From: Chitinophaga pinensis
GTDB lineage: Bacteria > Cyanobacteriota > Cyanobacteriia > PCC-6307 > Cyanobiaceae
Assembly (NCBI GenBank): GCA_943368105.1
Contig: CALRKO020000010.1
Span: 11,259 to 75,258, forward strand
Reading direction: 5' to 3'
DNA: 64,000 nucleotides
Shown here: in pieces, positions 1-10,665 of the stretch
How positions within the stretch are numbered: position 1 is the stretch's first letter
How the letters are laid out: each line of letters begins with the position of its first letter
Translations under genes and position numbers: made by a program
Notes under the pieces: generated by a model
Told to the model about the DNA's origin: nothing
What the model saw: only the letters and a program-made list of their open reading frames with translations
Database searches by the model: none

Positions 1-460
1 GCACCAGCTCCTTGAGGCCGTGGCGGTTGGTGTAGGTGCGGGCCAGGCGGCTGGCCACCTTGGTGCAGAACAGCGGCGCGGTGGTGATGCCGAGCCCCTC
101 CGCCAGGGCCGCCACGTCGAAGCGGGCGAAGTGGAACACCTTCTCGATGGCCGGGACCTCCAGCAGCTGCTGCAGCCGCGGGGCGGCGGCCTGGCCGCGG
201 CCGATGCGGATGCAGCACACATTGTCGTGGCCGTCGGCGATCTGCACCAGGCAGAGGCGGTCGCGGCCGTGCACCAGGCCCATGGCCTCGGTGTCCACCG
301 CCAGGGCCGGCGCCGCCCCCAGCAGCTCCAGCCAGGCGGCGTCCAGGTCGCCGTCGAACACCGCGAAGCGGGCGGGGCTGGAGCCGGCGGCGGGCGCGGC
401 GGTGGCGGCGGAGCTGGGGGAGGGCGCCATGGCGGAGCGGGGCAGGGGGGTGCTGGCCAT
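1..460 (-). CDS. rnd: Ribonuclease D (DEDD 3'-5' exonuclease), 5' part only; runs off the left edge
   Basis: Not in the ORF track; manual minus-strand translation gives AVDTEAMGLVHGRDRLCLVQI...EKVFHFARFDVAAL...FCTKVASRLARTYTNRHGLKELV. In-frame ATGs at 460 and 430. Confidence 0.85.
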   Translation of the reverse strand, partial: MASTPLPRSAMAPSPSSAATAAPAAGSSPARFAVFDGDLDAAWLELLGAAPALAVDTEAMGLVHGRDRLCLVQIADGHDNVCCIRIGRGQAAAPRLQQLLEVPAIEKVFHFARFDVAALAEGLGITTAPLFCTKVASRLARTYTNRHGLKELV

Positions 461-589
461 GGTCGCGGATGCCCGGGCGCCGGCGGGGCGCGGGTCTGGG
501 GCGGCGGCTGCGGGCAGCGGGCCCCGGGGCCCTTCGGCGGCGGCGGTTGGGGGAGAATGCAACAACTTGTTGTCATCCGAGCCGAGCCG

Positions 590-1144
590 ATGCCCCCAGC
601 CCTGGGCTCCACCCTGCTGCTGACCCTGCTGCTGGCCGTCGGCCTGGTGTTCTTCCTGCGGGCCGCCAGCAAGGACCGCACCACCGTGGTGGACGTGCGC
701 TCCTCGCGGCCGCCCCTGGAGGTGCTGCCGGTGCTCAGCGACTGGCTGCAGCAGCGGGGCTGGCGGGCCCAGGAGGGCGACCCCGAGCGGCGGGTGCTGC
801 GCTTCGGCGGCCGGGTGGCCGCCAGTCCGCTGCTGGCCGGGCTGCTCTCGGCGCTGGGGGCGGTGGGGGCCGGCTGCCTGGGGCTGGTGCTGCGCCAGCT
901 GCTGCCGACCCTGGGCTGGTGGCCCCTGGCTCTGGTGGCCCTCGGTCCCCTGGCGGGCCTGCTCTACCGGCGCCGGGCCGAGCGGGCCGAGAGCGTGGAG
1001 CTGCGCCTGATCAGCCACGACGGCGCCACCGGCAGCGCCCTGCGGCTGCGGGCCCACCGCGATGAGCTGATCGCCCTGGAGCTGGAGCTGGGGCCCCGGC
1101 TGGGGCTGTTCAGCGACGGCAACCTGCTCAGCTCGCCGATCTGA
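590..1144 (+). CDS. ccb1: Cofactor assembly of complex C subunit B (CCB1 family, cytochrome b6 heme ci maturation)
   Basis: GSTLLLTLLLAVGLVFFLRAASKDRTT N-terminus and C-terminal LRLRAHRDELIAL resemble the family. Start at ATG 590 (557 possible); the track's start at 20 is an over-extension into rnd. Confidence 0.75.
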   Translation: MPPALGSTLLLTLLLAVGLVFFLRAASKDRTTVVDVRSSRPPLEVLPVLSDWLQQRGWRAQEGDPERRVLRFGGRVAASPLLAGLLSALGAVGAGCLGLVLRQLLPTLGWWPLALVALGPLAGLLYRRRAERAESVELRLISHDGATGSALRLRAHRDELIALELELGPRLGLFSDGNLLSSPI

Positions 1145-1218
1145 GCCGCCGGCAGCCCCGCGCACCGTTTCCCCGGGCCCTCCCCCGCAGAATGGCGCCG
1201 CCTGCCGCCGCCCTCTCC

Positions 1219-2160
1219 ATGGCCCGCAACTCCCCGGTCCGCCGCCCCGGCCCGCTGCTGCTGGCCCTGGCGGCCGGCGCCCTGGCCTGGTCCGCCGCGG
1301 CCCCGGCTGGCGCCGCCGCCCAGGTCGTGGCCAGTGCCGATCCACTCACGGGGGCCCGCAGCCCCCTGGCCAAGAACTGGGTGGGCCTGCGGGCCCTGCC
1401 CCCCCAGACCCCGATCCTTGTGCTGGCCGGCCATGCCGACTCCCAGGGGGTGGCGGGGCCCGGCACCAGCGGCGCCGCCGTCGGCCGGGGCGGCGCCGCG
1501 CCGATGCAGCCCGGCATCACCGACGAGCTCCACTGGAACCTGGCGGTGGCCCGGGAGGTGGTGGCCCGCGGCCAGCAGCGGGGCCTTGCCATCGCCGCCT
1601 ACGAGCCGCCCCTGCGCAGCATCGCCAACGCCAACGATCCCCGCACCAACTGGAGCGTCGGCCAGCGCCACGTGGCGGCCGGCGGCTACGCCTTGGAGAT
1701 CCACTTCGACGCCTACGGGCCCGACGGCGTGGGCTCCGGCGTGATTCCGGCCCTGCGCGGCCCCCTCACCCGCCTGGACGAGAGCCTGGCCGAGGCCTTC
1801 GGGGCCTACCCGCTGCGCTTCCGGGGCGGTCTGGGCGGTCCGCGGCGCGGTCTCACCCTGCTGGAGATCGGCAAGCTGGAGGGTGCCCTGGAGGCCAGCC
1901 TGCGGGATCCGGAGCGGCGTGAGCAGGCCCTGGGCGCCATCGCCGATCGGGTGGTGCTGGCCCTGCAGCGGGGCCTGGAGCCCCTGCCGGCCGATGGACT
2001 GGCGCCGGCCTGGTCGAGGGCCTCGGTGGTCCAGGCCGGTGTCCTCGACCAGGCCGGCGGGCTTCAGCCCACCGCGGCAACCCAGCCCGCGGCGGCTCAT
2101 CCCACGGCGCCGTGGGGCTGGCAGCGGGCCGCCAGCGCGCCGTCCTCCAGCCAGTTCTGA
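1219..2160 (+). CDS. N-acetylmuramoyl-L-alanine amidase-like protein (Amidase_3 type) with signal peptide
   Basis: Hydrophobic signal-like N-terminus; Zn-ligand pattern LVLAGH...DELHWN...LEIHFD...LLEIG. Confidence 0.65.
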   Translation: MARNSPVRRPGPLLLALAAGALAWSAAAPAGAAAQVVASADPLTGARSPLAKNWVGLRALPPQTPILVLAGHADSQGVAGPGTSGAAVGRGGAAPMQPGITDELHWNLAVAREVVARGQQRGLAIAAYEPPLRSIANANDPRTNWSVGQRHVAAGGYALEIHFDAYGPDGVGSGVIPALRGPLTRLDESLAEAFGAYPLRFRGGLGGPRRGLTLLEIGKLEGALEASLRDPERREQALGAIADRVVLALQRGLEPLPADGLAPAWSRASVVQAGVLDQAGGLQPTAATQPAAAHPTAPWGWQRAASAPSSSQF

Positions 2161-3236
2161 GGCCGGGTGAACAGCTCGGTGAGCAGGGCCTCGCGGCTGC
2201 CCGGCTCCGGCTGGTAGCCGTACTCCCAGCGCACCAGTGGCGGCAGCGACATCAGGATCGACTCGGTGCGGCCGTTGGTCTGCAGGCCGAAGATCGTGCC
2301 CCGGTCGAACACCAGGTTGAACTCCACGTAGCGGCCGCGGCGGTACAGCTGGAACTGGCGCTCCCGCTCGCCGTAGGGGGTGGCCTGGCGCCTCTCGACG
2401 ATCGGCCCATAGCTGGGCAGGAAGGCGTTGCCGCAGGCGGAGGCCAGGGCGAACAGCTGCTCCCAGCTCTGCTGCACCGGGCCGGTGGCCCGGCTCGCCG
2501 CCGCCGCCGGGCCACCCGGATCCTGGCCCTTGTAGAGCACGCCAGCCGGATCCTGGTAGTCGTAGAAGATGCCGCCCACGCCGCGGGTCTCGCCGCGGTG
2601 CTTCAGGAAGAAGTACTCGTCGCACCAGGGCTTGAACACCGGGTAGTAGGCCGGGTTCACCGAGTCGCAGGCGGCCCTGAGGCTGCGGTGGAAGTGCTGG
2701 GCGTCCTCGAGGAAGGGGTAGTAGGGGGTGAGGTCGGCGCCGCCGCCGAACCACCACACTGGGCCGGCCTCGAAGTAGCGGTAGTTGAGGTGGACGGTGG
2801 GGATGTAGGGGTTGCGGGGGTGCAGCACCATCGAGGTGCCGGTGGCGAACCAGCGCTGGCCGGCCGCCTCCGGCCGCTGGCTGAGGATGGAGGGGGGCAG
2901 CTGCTCGCCCTCCACCTCGGAGAAGTTGACACCGCCCTGCTCGAAGACGCGGCCGCCCTTGAGCACCCGCGAGCGGCCGCCGCCGCCCTCCGGCCGCTCC
3001 CAGCTCTCCTCCTGGAAGCGACCCTCGCCATCCAGCTGCTCCAGGCCGGCGCAGATCGAATCCTGCAGGCCCATCAGCAGGGCCTTGGCCCGGGCCCGCG
3101 AGTCGGCGGGGGGACGCTCCAGGCCCGGTGCCGGGGCGGGGGGCGCGGGGGTCGCCGCGGCGCCGCCGGGGCCGTCCGGCGTGCCGCCCAGCCTGTTCTT
3201 CGCGCGTGCCAGCAGGGCCTTCAACATCGACGCCAC
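2097..3236 (-). CDS. hemF: Oxygen-dependent coproporphyrinogen III oxidase
   Basis: [60 protein letters not shown]; start GTG 3236 or ATG 3227. Confidence 0.95.
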   Translation of the reverse strand: MASMLKALLARAKNRLGGTPDGPGGAAATPAPPAPAPGLERPPADSRARAKALLMGLQDSICAGLEQLDGEGRFQEESWERPEGGGGRSRVLKGGRVFEQGGVNFSEVEGEQLPPSILSQRPEAAGQRWFATGTSMVLHPRNPYIPTVHLNYRYFEAGPVWWFGGGADLTPYYPFLEDAQHFHRSLRAACDSVNPAYYPVFKPWCDEYFFLKHRGETRGVGGIFYDYQDPAGVLYKGQDPGGPAAAASRATGPVQQSWEQLFALASACGNAFLPSYGPIVERRQATPYGERERQFQLYRRGRYVEFNLVFDRGTIFGLQTNGRTESILMSLPPLVRWEYGYQPEPGSREALLTELFTRPQNWLEDGALAARCQPHGAVG

Positions 3237-3352
3237 GTCCCGAATGGACGCCAGGGAACCCCCTCACCCTTTCAGCCGGCGGTGCCCTGGCACAAGGGGA
3301 GTGGGGTGTTCGTCATCACGATTCCGGCATGCGCCCGCCGCCCTCGCCCGCT

Positions 3353-3378
3353 GCGGAGGGCGCCGCGGAGGGCGCCGC
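3353..3378. repeat. 12-bp direct tandem repeat (GCGGAGGGCGCC x2) in the hemF/mrp divergent spacer
   Basis: gcggagggcgcc at 3353-3364 and 3365-3376. Confidence 0.85.
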
Positions 3379-3388
3379 GCGCGGCCCC

Positions 3389-3394
3389 TAGGAT
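3389..3394 (+). promoter_or_regulatory. Putative -10 hexamer (TAGGAT) for mrp-rodA-kinase
   Basis: TANNNT match 22 nt upstream of ATG 3417 in a very GC-rich spacer. Confidence 0.45.
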
Positions 3395-3416
3395 CCAGGC
3401 CCTTCCCCCCGTTCGG

Positions 3417-4547
3417 ATGGCCAGCGCCGACCCGGTTCTCGACCAGGCCATCGCCGCCCTGGAGCCCCTGCGGGATGCCGGCAGTGGCCGCAGTCTGCTG
3501 GAGCTGCAGTGGATCCGCCAGGTGCGGCTCCAGAACAGCCGCGTGGTGTTCCGCCTGGCCCTGCCCGGCTTCGCCGGCGGCCAGCGGGAGCGCATCGCCG
3601 CCGAGGCCCGCAGCGCCCTGCTGGCGGTGGGCGGCATCGAGGACGTGCAGATCGAACTGGCCCAGCCCACCGAGGCGGCCCCCGCCCACAGCCATGGACC
3701 TGGCCCCGGCCATGGCGGCGCCCCGATCGGCGCGGCCGGCCACGGCGGCGGCGGCCCCGAGCGCCAGGCCATCCCCGGCGTGAAGCAGGTGATCGCCGTG
3801 AGCAGCGGCAAGGGCGGCGTGGGCAAGAGCACCGTGGCGGTGAACCTGGCCTGCGCCCTGGCCGCCGGCGGCCTGCGGGTGGGCCTGCTCGACGCCGACA
3901 TCTACGGCCCCAATGCCCCCACGATGCTCGGGGTGGCGGACCGCACCCCCGAGGTGCGCGGCGAGGGCGCCAGCCAGGTGCTCACCCCGATCGAGAGCTG
4001 CGGCATCGCCATGGTGTCGATGGGGTTGCTGATCCAGGAGAACCAGCCCGTGATCTGGCGCGGCCCGATGCTCAACGGCATCATCCGCCAGTTCCTCTAC
4101 CAGGTGGACTGGGGCGAGCGCGACGTGCTGGTGGTGGACCTGCCCCCCGGCACCGGCGACGCCCAGCTCAGCCTGGCCCAGGCCGTGCCCATGGCCGGGG
4201 TGGTGATCGTCACCACGCCCCAGCAGGTGTCGCTGCAGGATGCCCGCCGCGGCCTGGCGATGTTCCTGCAGATGGGCGTGCCGGTGCTGGGGGTGGTGGA
4301 GAACATGACGGCCTTCATCCCGCCCGATGCTCCCGAGAAGCGCTACGAGCTGTTCGGCCGCGGCGGCGGCCAGCGGCTGGCCGAGGAGGCGGAGGTGCCG
4401 CTGCTGGCCCAGCTGCCGATGGAGCTGGCGGTGGTGCAGGGCGGTGACGGCGGCCGCCCCGCGGTGCTGGCCGCCCCGGACTCGGCCACGGCCCAGGCCT
4501 TCCGCGCCCTGGCCGAGCGGCTGCTCAGTGCCGTGCCGGCGGCATGA
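3417..4547 (+). CDS. mrp: Mrp/NBP35 (ApbC) Fe-S cluster carrier ATPase with N-terminal DUF59-like domain
   Basis: SSGKGGVGKST Walker A, LLDADIYGPN, VIWRGPML, VDLPPGTGDAQL; ATG 3417. Confidence 0.92.
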   Translation: MASADPVLDQAIAALEPLRDAGSGRSLLELQWIRQVRLQNSRVVFRLALPGFAGGQRERIAAEARSALLAVGGIEDVQIELAQPTEAAPAHSHGPGPGHGGAPIGAAGHGGGGPERQAIPGVKQVIAVSSGKGGVGKSTVAVNLACALAAGGLRVGLLDADIYGPNAPTMLGVADRTPEVRGEGASQVLTPIESCGIAMVSMGLLIQENQPVIWRGPMLNGIIRQFLYQVDWGERDVLVVDLPPGTGDAQLSLAQAVPMAGVVIVTTPQQVSLQDARRGLAMFLQMGVPVLGVVENMTAFIPPDAPEKRYELFGRGGGQRLAEEAEVPLLAQLPMELAVVQGGDGGRPAVLAAPDSATAQAFRALAERLLSAVPAA

Positions 4548-5827
4548 CGCTGCTCGGGGCCTGGGGCCGCCGGCCGGACCTGTTCTCCGGGGGCCGGGTC
4601 GCCCGCCGCCGCTGGTTCGACGGTGTCGACAAGCTGCTGTGGTGGATTCCCCTGGCGATGATCTTCATTGCCGGCATCCTGATCGCCAGCACCCAGCGCC
4701 AGGCCGGCTACGCCGACTGGCATCAGCACTGGGTCACGGCGGCCGTGGGCATGGGGATCGCCCTGCTCCTGGCCCGTGTGCCGCTGGAGCGCTTCAGTCC
4801 CTGGCAGTGGCCCATCTATGGGGCGATGGTGGCCAGCCTGATCGCTGTGCGCCTCATCGGGGTGAGCGCCCTGGGTGCCCAGAGCTGGATCAACATCGGC
4901 GGCTTCAATGTGCAGCCCTCGGAATTCGCCAAGGTGGCGGCGATTCTGCTGCTGGCCCGGGTTCTCACCCGCCATCCGGTGGAGCGGCCGGTGGATCTGC
5001 TGCGACCCGTGGCCATGATCAGCATTCCCTGGCTGCTGGTGTTCATTCAGCCGGACCTGGGCAGCTCGCTGGTCTTCGGCGCCATCCTGCTGGTGATGAT
5101 GTTCTGGTCGGGGATGCCCGGCGCCTGGGTGGTCCTGTTCATGTCGCCGCTGTTCACGGCGGTGATGGCCGGGGCGTTCCCCTGGCTGCTGCTGGCCTGG
5201 ATCCCGGCCATGGGCTGGCTGGCCTGGAGCTCGCTGCCCTGGAAGCGCCAGGCCCTCGGGGTGGTGCTGGCGGTGCAGGGGGTGTTTGCCGTGGCCACCC
5301 CCTGGCTGTGGAACCACTTCCTGCAGCCCCACCAGCGGGCACGGCTCACCCTGTTTCTGGATCCCTCCCAGGATCCCCTCGGGGGTGGCTATCACCTGCT
5401 CCAGAGCATGGTGGGGATCGGTTCAGGACGCCTGGTCGGCACCGGCCTGATGCAGGGCCATCTCACGCTGCTGCGCTTCATCCCGGAGCAGCACACGGAT
5501 TTCATCTTCAGCGCCCTGGGTGAGGAAACCGGTTTCCTCGGATCGCTGCTGGTGGTGGTGGGCTATGTGGTGTGGATCTGGCGCCTGCTGCAGATCGCCG
5601 GTAAAGCCCGATCAGACTATGAGTCCCTGGTGGTGGTGGGGATCGGCGCCATGGTGATGTTCCAGGTGGTGGTGAACATCAACATGACCATCGGCCTCGG
5701 ACCGATCACCGGCATCCCCCTGCCCTGGATGAGCTACGGCCGCTCGGCGATGCTCGTGAACTTCATCGCCCTGGGCCTGTGCGCCTCGGTGGGGCGCCGG
5801 GGCCTGGCGGCCAAGGCCCGCCGGTGA
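4544..5827 (+). CDS. rodA: Rod shape-determining SEDS glycosyltransferase RodA
   Basis: GAQSWI...QPSEFAK, QPDLGS, FIPEQHTDFIF, GIPLPWMSYGRS; multiple TM segments. Confidence 0.92.
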   Translation: MTLLGAWGRRPDLFSGGRVARRRWFDGVDKLLWWIPLAMIFIAGILIASTQRQAGYADWHQHWVTAAVGMGIALLLARVPLERFSPWQWPIYGAMVASLIAVRLIGVSALGAQSWINIGGFNVQPSEFAKVAAILLLARVLTRHPVERPVDLLRPVAMISIPWLLVFIQPDLGSSLVFGAILLVMMFWSGMPGAWVVLFMSPLFTAVMAGAFPWLLLAWIPAMGWLAWSSLPWKRQALGVVLAVQGVFAVATPWLWNHFLQPHQRARLTLFLDPSQDPLGGGYHLLQSMVGIGSGRLVGTGLMQGHLTLLRFIPEQHTDFIFSALGEETGFLGSLLVVVGYVVWIWRLLQIAGKARSDYESLVVVGIGAMVMFQVVVNINMTIGLGPITGIPLPWMSYGRSAMLVNFIALGLCASVGRRGLAAKARR

Positions 5828-7206
5828 GCGAGACGGCTCCCGGCGATTCCCTCGAGGCCCTGCGCCGCCTGCTGGCGGAGGGCGTGCCCGCCGGCCGCGG
5901 CGATGAGGACGGCGGCCGCCGCCAGTGGTGGGCGGCCCTGGCCACCCTGCAGGAGGACTTCCTGCTGCCGCTCCAGCCCCTGCAGGGGGTGTGGCTGGCC
6001 GCGCCCCTGCCGGCCCTCTACGAGCCGGCGCTGCTGGCCCAGCTGCAGGGCTGGGTCTGGGCGCCGGGGGAGCTGGCGGACCTGCTGCAGCCGGCCCCGC
6101 TGCTGCCCGGCGGCCCCCCGGCCGCGGGCCAGCGGCCGGGCCTGGTGGGTTTCAGCCGCCTGCCCCTGGAGCCCGTCGACGGCACCGACCCGCTGCTGCT
6201 GCTGATCACGCCGCGGCTGCAGCTGGCCCTGGCCCTGGCGGGGCCGCCGGGGCGGCGCCAGCTCGTGGCCCGCTTCGACCCCCCCACCCTCTCGGCGGCC
6301 CTGGGCCTGGTGGATGCCCGCCTGCAGCGCTGCGCCCCGGAGCAGGGCCAGCGCCTGCGCCAGGCGCTCCAGGGCCTGGGCCCCCTGCAGTGCGAGGCGG
6401 GGCTGGCCGAGCGCTTCTGGCCGCGGCTGGCGGAGCGGCTGGCCTCGATGGCCCCCAGCGTCACCCTGCAGCCCCTGGTGCACCGCAGCGCGGCGCCGGC
6501 CGGTGAGGCCCGCACCGCCACCAGCAGCGAACTGGCCCTGCTGGAGGCCCTCACCCACGAGGTGCGCACCCCCCTGGCCACGATCCGCACCCTGATCCGC
6601 TCGCTGCTGCGCCGCGACGACCTCTCCGCCCTGGTGCGCCAGCGACTGCAGCAGATCGACGGCGAGTGCAGCGAGCAGATCGACCGCTTCGGCCTGATCT
6701 TCCACGCCGCCGAGCTGCAGCGCCAGCCGCGGCCCAGCCGGGGCCAGGCCCTGGCCCGCACCGACCTGGCGGAGCTGCTGCGCCGGCTCGAGCCCCTCTG
6801 GCGGCACCAGCTGCAGCGCCGGGGTCTGCCGCTGCGGCTGGAGATCGCGCCGGAGCTCTCCCCCGTGCTCAGCGACCCCAGCCGGCTGGAGACGATGCTG
6901 GGCGGCCTGATCGACCGCTTCAGCCGCGGTCTGCCCGGCGGCGCCACGGTGCTGCTGAGCCTGCAGCCGGCGGGCTCGCGGCTGAAGCTGCGGCTCAGCG
7001 GCGTGGGCGTCGCGCCGCCGGAGGGGGAGCCGGGGCCGGGGCCCGAGCGGCGGGTGGTGGGGCCGGTGCTGGGCTGGAACCCCGAGACCGGCAGCCTGCA
7101 GCTCAGCCGCCAGGCCACCCAGCGGCTGTTCCACAGCCTCGGCGGGCGCCTCACCGAGCGCTCCGGCAACGACCTCACGGTGTTCTTCCCGGTGGCGACG
7201 CCCTGA
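5824..7206 (+). CDS. Soluble histidine kinase with atypical ATP-binding domain (possibly Hik34-like)
   Basis: H-box ALTHEVRTPLATIRTLIRSLL; no TM segments; no recognisable N/G1/G2 boxes; GTG 5824 overlaps the rodA stop. Confidence 0.75.
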   Translation: MSETAPGDSLEALRRLLAEGVPAGRGDEDGGRRQWWAALATLQEDFLLPLQPLQGVWLAAPLPALYEPALLAQLQGWVWAPGELADLLQPAPLLPGGPPAAGQRPGLVGFSRLPLEPVDGTDPLLLLITPRLQLALALAGPPGRRQLVARFDPPTLSAALGLVDARLQRCAPEQGQRLRQALQGLGPLQCEAGLAERFWPRLAERLASMAPSVTLQPLVHRSAAPAGEARTATSSELALLEALTHEVRTPLATIRTLIRSLLRRDDLSALVRQRLQQIDGECSEQIDRFGLIFHAAELQRQPRPSRGQALARTDLAELLRRLEPLWRHQLQRRGLPLRLEIAPELSPVLSDPSRLETMLGGLIDRFSRGLPGGATVLLSLQPAGSRLKLRLSGVGVAPPEGEPGPGPERRVVGPVLGWNPETGSLQLSRQATQRLFHSLGGRLTERSGNDLTVFFPVATP

Positions 7207-7284
7207 GCCGCAGCCCCGCCGCTGGCTTTGTTGACGGGTGTGAAGAGAGCTGCGGGGCCGCCGGTGGCCCCGAAAACTCGGTGC

Positions 7285-7290
7285 TAGCTT
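7285..7290 (+). promoter_or_regulatory. Putative -10 hexamer (TAGCTT) of psaD
   Basis: TANNNT 42 nt upstream of the psaD ATG. Confidence 0.45.
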
Positions 7291-7332
7291 CCAGCCGAAA
7301 CGGTCTGCCGACTCCCCCCTTTCGGAATAGCC

Positions 7333-7764
7333 ATGGCATCTACGGCGCTGAGCGGTCAACTCCCGAAGTACCTCGGCAGCACGGGCGGGCTGCTCAACGC
7401 CGCTGAAACCGAGGAGAAGTACGCGATCACCTGGACCAGCTCCAAGGAGCAGGTGTTCGAGCTCCCCACCGGTGGCGCCGCCCACATGAATGAGGGCGAG
7501 AACCTGATGTATTTCGCCCGCAAGGAGCAGGCCCTGGCCCTGGGCACCCAGCTGCGCACCAAGTTCAAGCCCCGCATCGAGGACTATAAGATCTATCGCA
7601 TCTTCCCCGGTGGCGATGCTGAGTTCCTGCACCCCAAGGATGGCGTCTTCCCCGAGAAGGTGAACGAAGGCCGCGCCATTGTGGGCCATAATCCCCGCCG
7701 CATCGGTGAGAACCCGAACCCCGCCAACCTCAAGTTCAGCGGCAAGAACACCTTCGACTCCTGA
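7333..7764 (+). CDS. psaD: Photosystem I reaction centre subunit II
   Basis: [52 protein letters not shown]. Confidence 0.98.
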   Translation: MASTALSGQLPKYLGSTGGLLNAAETEEKYAITWTSSKEQVFELPTGGAAHMNEGENLMYFARKEQALALGTQLRTKFKPRIEDYKIYRIFPGGDAEFLHPKDGVFPEKVNEGRAIVGHNPRRIGENPNPANLKFSGKNTFDS

Positions 7765-7844
7765 TCCCGCGGGATCTGCACTGCGCCGGCCGTCACCACT
7801 CCGGGTTGATTTCCGGGCCGTCGCTGAGTCAGCATCGAGAACGG

Positions 7845-7869
7845 CGGGGCCAGGCGCCCCGTTTTTTTT
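7845..7869 (+). terminator. Rho-independent terminator after psaD
   Basis: cggggc-caggc-gccccg hairpin followed by T8. Confidence 0.85.
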
Positions 7870-7884
7870 GCCTGTCCGCCAGCC

Positions 7885-9476
<1,592 letters not shown>

Positions 9477-9477
<1 letters not shown>

Positions 9478-10634
9478 TGGCCGCGCCGCTGCTGCTCAAG
9501 GGCTTCGAGGTGGAGCTGTTCACGGGCCGCCCCGACGGCACCGTGGTGGGCTGCTCCGCCGAGGCCGCCGCGGCCCTGGCGGGCTTCGTGACCGAGCCCG
9601 ACCGCCGCAATCTCGAATACACCACGCCGCCGGAGGCCAGCTACCGCCGCCAGCTCGAGCTGCTGCTGGAGCCCCGCCAGCGCCTGCGGGCCTGGCTGGC
9701 CCCGCGTGGCCTCACCCTGCTGCCCGGCAGCACCCTCAGCCTGGGGGACAGCCGCCGCTTCGAGCGCTCCGATCCCGGCAACCCCTACCACGACTACATC
9801 GAGGCCAGCTACGGCACCCGGGTGGTGACCGCCAGCGTCCACATCAACCTGGGGATCACCGCCATGGAGCCCCTGTTCGCGGCCTGCCGGCTGATGCGCT
9901 GCGAGGGCGCCCTGCTGCTGGCCCTGAGCGCCTGCTCCCCCTTCCTCGACGGCGTGGCCACCGGCGCCCATTCCCAGCGCTGGCTGCAGTTCCCGCTCAC
10001 GCCGGAGCAGGTGCCGCTGTTCACCGGCCACCGGCACTACATCCGCTGGGTGGAGGAGCAGCTGGCGCTCGGCAGCATGCAGAACGTGCGCCACCTCTGG
10101 ACCTCGGTGCGCCCCAACGGCGACCACCGCCCCCACGACCTCAACCGCCTGGAGATCCGCATCTGCGACCTGCTGGCCGACCCGCAGCTGCTGCTGGCGG
10201 TGACGGCCTTCGCCGAGCTGCGCCTCCAGCAGCTGCTGGCCGACCCCGCCGGCCATGACCCCCTGGTCTGTTCCCGCTTCAGCCCCGCGGAGCTGGCCCA
10301 GATCGCCGATGCCAACGACCGGGCCGCCGCCCGGGCCAGCCTCGAGGCGCCCCTGGTCCACTGGCGCAGCGGCGCCACCCTCACCGCCCGCGACTGGATC
10401 GCCGCCGAGCTGGAGCAGCTGGCGCCCCTGGCGGCGGACCTGGGCCTCACGGAACGGCTGGCGCCGCTGCAGCCGGTGCTCCGCCAGGGCAACCAGGCGA
10501 TCCAGTGGCTGCGCCAGTGGACCGCCGGCCAGGGGGTGGAGGCGATCCTGACGGCGGCCGTTGCGGCGATGGAGCGGCAGGAGCTGGCCCTGGCGGCACC
10601 CGCTGCGACAGATCGCCCGCGCACTTTGGGATGA
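9477..10634 (+). CDS. gshA: Glutamate--cysteine ligase, cyanobacterial type
   Basis: [50 protein letters not shown]; ATG overlaps the trpE stop. Confidence 0.88.
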
Positions 10635-10665
10635 TCATGGTCGCCCGCCCGCCGAGCCCGCCCCC

